A DNA stretch of 64,000 nucleotides from Desulfobaccales bacterium (GTDB taxonomy: Bacteria; Desulfobacterota; Desulfobaccia; Desulfobaccales; 0-14-0-80-60-11). Where the stretch lies: positions 92,682 to 156,681 of the forward strand of contig JBKQLU010000044.1 in the NCBI GenBank assembly GCA_052326585.1, in the 5' to 3' direction. The notes below the pieces were generated by a model, which made no database searches, was not told the DNA's origin, and saw only the letters and a list, made by a program, of their open reading frames with translations. Shown piece by piece: positions 37,801-43,971 of the stretch (position 1 is the stretch's first letter; the number at the start of each line of letters is the position of its first letter). Position numbers and translations under genes: made by a program.

Positions 37801-38061
37801 CTCGATATCACCCCTCTTCCTTCCAGTTTCAAGGAGATCTGGCTTTACGAACACTTCCACACCGCCGACACGCTAACCTGTTATTACGAGGTGCTGAAGA
37901 AATTCGGGGGACAGACCGTTTATGCCAACATCTATTATTTTGACCAGGAAGGCAGCCTCCGGGGAATCATTAAAGAGTTTGAATCCACCGGGAGCAAGGA
38001 GTTAAATCGGTTAGCCGGTTCTCATCTCCGAGAAGGAGATTTATCTCTTCGTAATAAATAG
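29770..38061 (+). CDS. Iterative-type PKS/PUFA-synthase-like megasynthase: tandem NMO/PfaD-like ER - KS - AT - ACP - KR - DH (2763 aa)
   Basis: ER region: KGHEAGGWV...AQGGIG, then YPIVQGPMARVSD...FEGRESGGHVG...FAGGIHD. KS: DAAC(890)ASS, EAHATGT, IGHTKSSAG. AT: GQGSQ, GHS(1368)YGE, CAFHSP. ACP: DLGIDS(1838)IK. KR: ATGGARGIT, SDY(2359)TAAN. DH: MDH(2491)RLDSKPVLP. Confidence 0.9.
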   Translation: MDKFQIITLTPSGFPNATIAIAGCRADGLGVLDLEYCPHAQAANEAIKSLAGNTRSSFGVKFAGNDVELIEEITSSPPENLDVVIIGRIDLDQLKRLVETQSFKGFRVLLECTSLSEARLGEEAGVAGVIAKGHEAGGWVAQETTFILLQQFLHSLSIPVWAQGGIGQHTASACFAAGAAGVILDSQLTLTRESPLPEAIKSRIANFDGSETICLGETLGVPFRVCSRLGTPLIKELQEFEKQLTREGTATSEGLAQFRRAIASQVDWQSPENNLVLFGQDIGFAAPLAHKFETVGGILAAIRQTIKGNCQAAATNQPLAQDSPLARSHGTSYPIVQGPMARVSDNPAFVAAVAKGGALPFAAAAWMQAPELKTLLHQTKTLLKDQAWGVGLLGFLPQEVYSEQIKVILEFRPRFALIAGGQTYQVKQLEQADIATYVHIPTPGLLRMFLAEGLSRFVFEGRESGGHVGPFCSFVLFETAINVLLESPAVNKAPENYHILFAGGIHDDLSAAMIGVLAGQLIERGIKVGLQMGTAYLFTEEAVSSGAIVRTFQQEALQCNSTTLLVSSPGHADRVIETPFVQVFNQERCLQSASGATVEAMRNSLDRIKIGRLRIATKGIARNPNHKDNPQTPKFINLSENKQRAQGIYLIGQLAAMRSQVGTIASLHHDISTLGTARIDQSWQECSEAYAPSEESEPADVAIIGMACLLPRASNLQAYWENILNKVNAIKEIPAERWDWRPYYDQDRATRDKICSRWGAFIDDIPFDPTAYGMPPNSLSSIEPLQLLTLEVTKWALADAGYAKRPFRRDRTSVVLGISGSGELAQLYSLRTALPQFFGDRSRDILTHFDGVLPEWTEDTFPGILMNVAAGRIANRFNLGGANCTVDAACASSLAAAYWAVRELEARACDMAIVGGADCMQNPFTYMCFSKTQALSLQGTCNSLDEGADGIVLGEGITVMIFKRLADAERDGDRIYAVIKGVGAASDGREKSLTAPNREGQVRALERAYAKARVSPAAVGLIEAHATGTTVGDRIEIESLSKVFKDAGAGSRGCAIGSIKSMIGHTKSSAGLASLIKTTLALHHKVLPPTLGVARPNSVLLLPDTPFYVNTESRPWLNATENQPRRAGVSAFGFGGTNFHVVLEEYTRNYLDQQGCASFQDWPVELFFWERGSRQELVEALAAFEESLRSGVNSSLGDLAFMHFTDQRRAPAGTEAPLRLAVVASCRKDLQGKLAKAKESLSNFDSTLCDPTGIYFNERPLAPAGKVAFLFPGQGSQYINMLADLAIQFPEIRARFEQSDRLLAGRFPRPMTSYVFPPSAFTEEEISSQKEALADTLVSQPAVGTAGLALFHFLQSLGIKPEMVAGHSYGEYVALSAAGVLDPDDLILLSEARARFIVDSAGPHPGAMAAINAKVDTVSAHIKGLEGVWVANVNAPEQTVISGTRPGVDAAVDIFRKENIRARIIPVSCAFHSPIVSPACQALEAYLSTLKLGSPRLRIFSNSTAAPYPVEPEAIAHQLVKHLESRVEFVQEIAAMYEDGARIFLEVGPGRVLTDLVGQILNHRPHLAVASNPAGRSGLVSLLHAAAQLLAHGVSVNLEKIFQGRFFKKVEATAPDQDQMRTSSTWMVNGAKARPFKESAASSGGIRITPFHFVDTKGTRATAAISTSGSLRGEGGRKPVSLSGSGCDALPASSQDEPPNNQPDQVMLQYQRLMQRFLEAQKAVMLKYLEVAGQTPVHFQEGNTSVASVAFKEAAVPPLLGGESDTRGLSQPKSSDVKQAPVPGGIEITAPILSYNQPTANQEELSSTLLKIVSERTGYPPEMLGLDLSLEADLGIDSIKRTEIIGHFLQCIFPLEDGGPPEELTELSRVNSLGEIIEQVAACRINSSLSAAIIPSPAPPAISLISPTSSQAQELLPRFTLTAVPAPVPTGSVRLAPGRLVLITDDGRGIAAALGEKLRQYGLKTALVRLAGGRTTDTEYCLADISSASLASLLETMRREQGPIGALVHLLPLRPWTSYDELDLAGWRSRLQEDIVALYQLLKLTAPDLKEAAGAGGAWVVSASGMGGYFASDPLQQTDFFPGQGGVAGLLKTVAIELPEVRVRCVDLSLDEGNAVLAECLLSEIEAGDEMLEIGYRHGQRLTLGLQEMPLSARQGNGLQVDSSSIILATGGARGITAAVTLEMVRKYQPILLLAGRAPLPPENEGAETAGLTQPQELKASLVESRRRQGQSINLPEVEAAYRNLLKEREIRGNLAALRAAGSQVAYFQVDVRDPVAFGDLLDHIYSHYSRLDGVIHGAGIIEDKMLQDKSRDSFDRVFGTKTESAFILSRKLNPETLKFLVLFSSVAGRFGSRGQSDYTAANEVYNKLAVYLDRKWPGRVLAINWGPWKTAGMASAEVQRQFQERGVQLIEPAAGARSFDLELHRGCKGEGEVVIGDGPWRQQAFSHPIDVGIAASLPLLEQFTTYQKLNGQLEIVRRLDPDHDLYLMDHRLDSKPVLPAAMAIELMAESAQKNFPEWQVVGLKDVRVYKGIVLVDGFCDIHILIGTPGACPQSSAKMELEVTIKGTSRPEPIFYQGTVIMSPGPISPEAHHLPSAEEFQDFGIAAAEAYRRFTFHGPRFQGIRSILGISEKGMLATVAPSSPQSCLAGNPSGPWLIDPVAIDCGLQMALLWGRTYLDITPLPSSFKEIWLYEHFHTADTLTCYYEVLKKFGGQTVYANIYYFDQEGSLRGIIKEFESTGSKELNRLAGSHLREGDLSLRNK

Positions 38062-38065
38062 CAGG

Positions 38066-41000
38066 TTGAGTTTAATGGCAGGCAAGGACTTTAAAGGAAA
38101 CAAGGTTTCCGCGCCAGGTGAGGTAGCCATCATCGGGATGGCCTGTATCTTCCCCAAGGCTCCCAATTTGCAGACCTTCTGGCAAAACATCGTCTCGAAG
38201 GTAGATGCCATTGATGATCCGGCTGAAGCAAGCCTGACCAGTCAGGTATATGACCCAACCTCCACGGCGAATAACCGCATTTACTGTAAGCGCGGCGGTT
38301 ACTTGAAAGAATTACCCCCTTTCAATCCCGCCGATTTCGGGATTATGCCGGTGGCGTTGGACGGGTCGGAACCGGAACATTTTATGGCCCTTAAGATAGC
38401 TTACGATGCCCTGGCGGACGCCGGCTATCCTGATAAGCCATTTAACCGCGAACTTACCGAAGTCATCCTGGGCCGAGGCACCTTCGTCAACCGGGCCTAT
38501 ATCAGCATGTTGCAGCATGTCCTGGTGGTGGATCAAACCATCAAAATTCTCAAAGAGTTGCATCCAGAGCACACCACGGCAGAACTGGAATCTATCCGGG
38601 AAAGGCTCAAAGCTAGCCTGCCGCCCTTTACTCCTGATACCGCCCCCGGTTTACCCCATAGTGTGATGGCCGGCATCATCGCCAACCGACTGGACTTGAA
38701 AGGCCCCAGTTTGGTGATAGACGCCGCTTGTGCCTCCTGCTTGCTGGCTTTAGAGATTGGCATGCGAGACCTGCTGACTGGGCGATGCGATGCCTGTCTG
38801 ATCGGCGGCGTCCAGATCTCTACTCCGGCCCCTATCCACATGCTCTTCACGCAACTGGGGGCCCTCTCCCATCTACCCCAGTTGAGGCCGTTCGACCAGA
38901 GGGCTGACGGCACTATGCTGGGCGAAGGGATCGGGATGATGGTTCTCAAGCGTAAGGAAGATGCAGTCAGAGACGGCCATCGGATTTATGCTCTGGTAAA
39001 AGGGGTGGGAGCATCCAGCGACGGCAAGGGTAAAGGCCTGCTGGCGCCTCAAGTGGAAGGGGAAGAACTGGCCCTGCGGCGAGCCTATGAGGCAGCAGGG
39101 GTGACCCCGGACACCATCGGCTTGATTGAGGCACACGGGACCGCCTTGCCCCTGGGCGATATTACCGAAATCGAGGCCCTGCGGCGGGTCTTTGGTGGTC
39201 GGAATAGCGGCTTCCCCCGCGTGGCCTTAGGAACGGTGAAATCCATGATCGGCCACCTCATCCCGGCGGCGGGCATCGCGGGGTTAATCAAGGCGGCCTT
39301 GTCCTTATATCACAAAATTTTGCCTCCCACCCTCCATGCAGAGGAGCCCAATCCCGCGCTGGAGATGGAGCGAACCCCTTTTTATCTGAATACGGAAACC
39401 CGACCTTGGATTCACGGTTCCTCCCGGCTGCCGCGTCGCGCCGGGGTTAATTCCTTTGGATTCGGCGGCATCAACACGCATGCGGTGCTGGAGGAATATT
39501 CCGGTGAAGCGGCTCCTGCGGAACTCTATCACCGGATCTGGGAAACAGAGCTCATCCTCATTGAAGGCGCGACCCGCCAGGAACTCATTGACCAGTGCGA
39601 TCTTACCCTGGAATTTTTGGCTCACCAGGCTGAAGCAGACCTGGTAGATATCGCCTCCAGCCTGAACCGACGTCTGAAAGGTAAGCCATACCGGCTGGCC
39701 ATTGTCGCGGAGTCATTGGAAAATCTGGTCAAAAAGTTGAGCCACGGCAGCCAAAAGCTGAGAGATCCAAACCGGGGTCAGATTAAAGATAGAAGCGGTA
39801 TCTACTTTTTTGAAAATCCATTGAGTGGACCGGGAAAACTGGCCTTTCTCTTCCCGGGGGAGGGTTCCCAATATGTGCATATGCTCCAGGATCTTTGTCA
39901 GCATTTCCCTGAAGTAAGAAATTGCTTCGACCTCCTGGATCAAGCGTTTAGCGACCATCCCCGGAACTACCTACCCAGTCAGATCATATTCCCGCCGACG
40001 GAAAAAGATGTTGCCGAAGCGGGGACCAGAATCTGGCAGATTGATGGCGCGGTGGATGCGGTGATCACGGCAGATCGGGCCCTTTTTCGGTTGCTCACTC
40101 TCTTGGGTGTCACTCCCGATGGCATCGCGGGGCATAGCAGCGGTGAACTGATGGCCCTGGAGGCGGCAGGCGCCGTCGCCCTGCGGGGCGACGAAGAACT
40201 GGTCCGGCTTATCAAGGCCGGCAACCAGATGCTCGAAGCCTTGATGGCGGCCCAGGATATCCCGACGGGGGTTCTGCTGGCGGTAGGCGGAGTGGATCGA
40301 CCGGCCATTACCGCAGTCATTGAAAAAAGCTCTGAATTTTTGGTGCTCGCCATGGATAACTGCCCCCATCAATTTGTGCTTTGCGGGACAGAAACCTCCA
40401 TCGCGGCCGCCAAAGCAAAGTTTCTCGAGCTGGGGGGCATCTGTCAATCTTTGCCGTTTACGCGGGCCTACCATACGGAACGCTTTGAACCTATTCTGGG
40501 GCCACTGCGTAACTATTTTCAGAAAGCGACTATTGTATCACCTGCTATTCCTCTCTATTCGTGCATGACCGCAGGGCCTTTCCCTCAGGAGCCAAAAGAA
40601 ATTCGGCGTTACGCGGTGCAACAGTGGGCCAAGCCAGTGCGCTTCCGGGAAACGATTGAGGCAATGTATCAGGATGGTTTCCGGATCTTCCTGGAGGTGG
40701 GCCCTCGGAGCAATCTGACCAGTTTCGTCAATGATATTTTAAAAGGCCAATCGTTTCTGGCAGTGGCCGCTAATGTGCACCAGCGGTCCGGGATCACGCA
40801 ATTGAACCATGCTTTGGGTGTTCTCGCGGCCCATGGTGTGGCCATGAAACTGGATGTCTTGTATAAGTATCGAGCCCCCCGGCAGTTGGATATAGAATCT
40901 GGTGTCGCCGCGCCTCCCGGGAAGCACACCCCAGGCGTCATCCTATCACGAGAATTGCCACTGTTGACCCTGGGAAAGGATGATACTCCCCACGACCAGG

Positions 41001-43570
41001 TTAGGCCCGGGACGCAGTTGGAAGCACAACCGGATAGGCCTCAGCACTGCCAGGTAGGTAATCGAGACATTTGTTCCACTATTCCGAAGAGGACAGATAC
41101 TATTTTTCCGGAAAAACTAGGGGCAGCGCCCGGAACGGAGCTAAGCGCAGCAGAGAATTCTTTTTCAACGGAGAAAATGGCTAAACTGGGCCAAAGGCTA
41201 GGGACCCAGGCAGTCATGCAAGAGTATCTGGCCACCATGGAAGGGTTCCTGGAAACCCAGGAGCAAATTATGCTGGCCTATATTCAGGAAGGCTCTCTCT
41301 CCCTGGGCGAGATTGAGCCTCGGAGCGGAGTGCGGCACCGTGAGACCGACATTCAGGGTGGTTCTGAGATTGCATTTGGGAAAGAATTGACTGCGGTTTC
41401 TCCTCCTGCCCCCAGACAGGTCGAACCGCAAACCCTAAACCTCAACAAGGAATCGACCGTTGCCGCCTCTACGAGGGCTCAGGCCCCGGAGAAGAACCTG
41501 GCCTCGCTACTCTTGTCCATTATCAGTGACAAAACCGGTTACCCGCTTGATATGCTGAATGAGCATCAAAACCTGGAGGCAGACTTGGGGATCGATTCCA
41601 TTAAGCGGATCGAGATCCTGGGAATGCTGTTCCAGCAGCGTGAAGCGCTTACAGTACCCCCCGAGGATCTCGGGTCGTTGCGGACGGTGGCGGAGATCGT
41701 AGCGTTCCTGTCAGCATCGCCGGACACCAAGAGCATTGCGCCGGGAAAGCGCCCAGTTATCCTGGTACAGAAGAGTGGTGGAGCGCCTGGCGATGACGAC
41801 AACCCTGAACTGCCCTTGGTTCTGCGGCCGGGAGGTAGAATAGTCTACTTGGTGCCCCATCAGGAAGTCAGGGTGAATAGAATTCTGGATGTGGAGGAAG
41901 ACCTATTTCTCCGGCATCATACGCTGGGGGGACAGGTGTCCCAAATTACCCCAGAATTGCTGGCGCTGCCGGTTGTTCCCCTCAGCATGAGCTTGGAAAT
42001 GATGGCTGCGGCGGCTGTCCTTCTGAACCCGCAAAAACACCTCGTGGGTATGAAAAATATCCAGGTACACGATTGGCTAGCGATGACTGAGGGAAGCCTT
42101 GAGCTGGAAATAACGGCTCAAGTCCAGTCGGCAACTGCCATCGAGGTGCAGTTGCGCAAGCAGGATTCTACGTCCAAGCAAGCCAAAAAGCCTCGCCTGG
42201 CACTGGAAGGTACCATGATCTTTGGGGGAGAATATCCCGCCGCTCCTGATGCCGGACCCTTTGATCCTGGGGTTGAACTCCCATCAATTCCCCCACCGGA
42301 GGATTTCTATCCCCAAGCTCTTTTCCACGGTCCGTTGTTCCGCTCTGTCAAGGAGATCAGGTATTCCGGCAAAAATGGCGTAGAGGCGGTCTTGGAGAAT
42401 ACGCTCACCCAGCCTTTCTTCCGGAACCAGCCCTCTGACCTTTTTTTGACCAACCCGATTCTTTTGGACGGGGCCGGGCAAGTGGTAGGTCTCTGGGCCA
42501 TTGCCTCCTTGGAATCGACTTTTGTAATCTTTCCTACGATGATAGATGAAATCACCTTTTACGCTTCCCTCGGGGGTCGGACAGGAGAGGTTATTTGTCG
42601 CATTAACCCTCACCTCGAAGGCAATACCAGGATAACTTCAGATATCCGGCTAGTTGCAGAAGACGGGACCTTGTTGGTCCATCTCCAGGGGATGCACCAC
42701 AACCGGCTTAAGCTGCCAAAGATTCTTCATCTCTTTAGGGGTTCGCGGGAGATCATGCTCAGCAGTCCCTGGCGGCTGCCCCTTGCCTCCCTGCCTGAGT
42801 CTAAAAAGATGACCTGTAATCGGCTTGACCCCTTGCCGGTGGAATTCAGTGGCGCTGAAGGCCAGATTTGGCTGAATGTGATAGCTCATATAGTGCTTAG
42901 TAATGAAGAGCGCCAGACTTGGGTTCAACTTTCTGACCTTGATAAACGGCGTATCGAATGGTTAATGGCGCGCCTGACGGGCAAGGAAGCAGTCCGGCGC
43001 CTATTGCAAGAGAATTACAGCCTTGATGTGTGGCTGGCGGATATTGACATTTATCAAGACAACCGGGGGAAACCCTTGGTCCGGGGAGAATGGCTCAACA
43101 AGATCGAAGCGGCGCCAGCGCTGTCTCTGACGCATTCTAACGGAGTCGCTGTGGCCTTGGCTGCGGATAGCTCATCTGGCATCAGCGTCGGGGTCGATAT
43201 CGAATCAGTTCATCGTCCGGGGAAAGGCTTTCCCGAGGTAGCCTTTGCTCCCGAAGAACGGGATCTTCTGCCGCCCCCGCAAACGCCGGAATTCCACGAG
43301 TGGTGCTTACGCCTCTGGTGTGCCAAAGAAGCTGTGGGGAAGGCCTTGGGCCGGGGATTGCCAAACCTGCTGCGAGATTTGAAAGTGGTAGCGGTAAATA
43401 GTCAGACAGGAATAATCAGCGTGGAGGTGACGAATAAATTGGCCCAGGATTATCGACACCTGGCCGGTAAACCTCTCCAAGCTTACACGGCAGGCTCCGA
43501 AGAATTTATTGTGGCAAGCGCATTCATTAAGGAAGTCTCCGGAAACCGCGCGACATCCAAGAACGCTTAA
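38066..43570 (+). CDS. PKS megasynthase: KS - AT-like - ACP - DH - Sfp-type PPTase (1834 aa)
   Basis: KS: DAAC(222)AS, EAHGTA, IGHLIPAAG. AT: GEGSQ, GHS(691)SGE, RAYHT. ACP: DLGIDS(1178)IK. DH: LRHH(1285)TLGG. PPTase: GVDIESV, FAPEER, WCAKEAVGKALG. The start lies 4 nt after the upstream stop (TTG at 38066 or ATG at 38075). Confidence 0.9.
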   Translation: MSLMAGKDFKGNKVSAPGEVAIIGMACIFPKAPNLQTFWQNIVSKVDAIDDPAEASLTSQVYDPTSTANNRIYCKRGGYLKELPPFNPADFGIMPVALDGSEPEHFMALKIAYDALADAGYPDKPFNRELTEVILGRGTFVNRAYISMLQHVLVVDQTIKILKELHPEHTTAELESIRERLKASLPPFTPDTAPGLPHSVMAGIIANRLDLKGPSLVIDAACASCLLALEIGMRDLLTGRCDACLIGGVQISTPAPIHMLFTQLGALSHLPQLRPFDQRADGTMLGEGIGMMVLKRKEDAVRDGHRIYALVKGVGASSDGKGKGLLAPQVEGEELALRRAYEAAGVTPDTIGLIEAHGTALPLGDITEIEALRRVFGGRNSGFPRVALGTVKSMIGHLIPAAGIAGLIKAALSLYHKILPPTLHAEEPNPALEMERTPFYLNTETRPWIHGSSRLPRRAGVNSFGFGGINTHAVLEEYSGEAAPAELYHRIWETELILIEGATRQELIDQCDLTLEFLAHQAEADLVDIASSLNRRLKGKPYRLAIVAESLENLVKKLSHGSQKLRDPNRGQIKDRSGIYFFENPLSGPGKLAFLFPGEGSQYVHMLQDLCQHFPEVRNCFDLLDQAFSDHPRNYLPSQIIFPPTEKDVAEAGTRIWQIDGAVDAVITADRALFRLLTLLGVTPDGIAGHSSGELMALEAAGAVALRGDEELVRLIKAGNQMLEALMAAQDIPTGVLLAVGGVDRPAITAVIEKSSEFLVLAMDNCPHQFVLCGTETSIAAAKAKFLELGGICQSLPFTRAYHTERFEPILGPLRNYFQKATIVSPAIPLYSCMTAGPFPQEPKEIRRYAVQQWAKPVRFRETIEAMYQDGFRIFLEVGPRSNLTSFVNDILKGQSFLAVAANVHQRSGITQLNHALGVLAAHGVAMKLDVLYKYRAPRQLDIESGVAAPPGKHTPGVILSRELPLLTLGKDDTPHDQVRPGTQLEAQPDRPQHCQVGNRDICSTIPKRTDTIFPEKLGAAPGTELSAAENSFSTEKMAKLGQRLGTQAVMQEYLATMEGFLETQEQIMLAYIQEGSLSLGEIEPRSGVRHRETDIQGGSEIAFGKELTAVSPPAPRQVEPQTLNLNKESTVAASTRAQAPEKNLASLLLSIISDKTGYPLDMLNEHQNLEADLGIDSIKRIEILGMLFQQREALTVPPEDLGSLRTVAEIVAFLSASPDTKSIAPGKRPVILVQKSGGAPGDDDNPELPLVLRPGGRIVYLVPHQEVRVNRILDVEEDLFLRHHTLGGQVSQITPELLALPVVPLSMSLEMMAAAAVLLNPQKHLVGMKNIQVHDWLAMTEGSLELEITAQVQSATAIEVQLRKQDSTSKQAKKPRLALEGTMIFGGEYPAAPDAGPFDPGVELPSIPPPEDFYPQALFHGPLFRSVKEIRYSGKNGVEAVLENTLTQPFFRNQPSDLFLTNPILLDGAGQVVGLWAIASLESTFVIFPTMIDEITFYASLGGRTGEVICRINPHLEGNTRITSDIRLVAEDGTLLVHLQGMHHNRLKLPKILHLFRGSREIMLSSPWRLPLASLPESKKMTCNRLDPLPVEFSGAEGQIWLNVIAHIVLSNEERQTWVQLSDLDKRRIEWLMARLTGKEAVRRLLQENYSLDVWLADIDIYQDNRGKPLVRGEWLNKIEAAPALSLTHSNGVAVALAADSSSGISVGVDIESVHRPGKGFPEVAFAPEERDLLPPPQTPEFHEWCLRLWCAKEAVGKALGRGLPNLLRDLKVVAVNSQTGIISVEVTNKLAQDYRHLAGKPLQAYTAGSEEFIVASAFIKEVSGNRATSKNA
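42860..43567 (+). other. Domain: in-cis 4'-phosphopantetheinyl transferase
   Basis: RRIEWLMARLTGKEAVRRLL, LSLTHSNGVAVALA, GVDIESV, WCAKEAVGKALGRG. Confidence 0.8.
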
Positions 43571-43630
43571 ATTCATGATCGGGGATTTTTTAAAAAATTT
43601 TGATTGTTAGTTCGAAACGGAGGTTAAACG

Positions 43631-43945
43631 ATGTGCCCACAAAAAACTGACAACGAATCCAAAGGACGCCTTTCCAAGGAGACTATTTTTGAAGAGGTTT
43701 CCAAGATCTTGGCAGATATGACCAGTGATTGGGACATTGATTTTTCGGGGGGGATTACACCTGATACTCAGATAATATCGGACCTGCAGTTCGAATCTAT
43801 CGATGTCGTCCAGTTCATTGTGCAACTTGAGGGTAAATTTCAACGCAAAGACCTGCCCTTCGAAAAACTCTTGATGGTGGATGAACGCTATCGGGATGAT
43901 TTTACGGTGCAAGAAGCGGTTGACTTTCTCCAGAAAAATCTCTAA
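43631..43945 (+). CDS. Stand-alone acyl carrier protein-like protein
   Basis: 104 aa. A four-helix-type sequence with ISDLQFESIDVVQFIVQLE (Ser in the ESID attachment context). GGAGG SD. Confidence 0.65.
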   Translation: MCPQKTDNESKGRLSKETIFEEVSKILADMTSDWDIDFSGGITPDTQIISDLQFESIDVVQFIVQLEGKFQRKDLPFEKLLMVDERYRDDFTVQEAVDFLQKNL

Positions 43946-43971
43946 TTATTGGGGCTACGCGGAGTACTATC

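Noticed and set aside
38066-43570. Enediyne PKSE assignment for the KS-AT-ACP-…-PPTase protein
   Set aside because: No KR signature lies between the ACP and DH in this protein. None of the enediyne cassette partners I would expect (a hot-dog TE and the conserved unknowns) are recognisable nearby. The resemblance is limited to the terminal PPTase.
29770-43570. Canonical PUFA synthase (pfaABCD) assignment
   Set aside because: The two proteins lack tandem ACP repeats, a KS-CLF didomain and recognisable FabA-type DH pairs, and the ER is fused and duplicated. Only PUFA-synthase-like is defensible.
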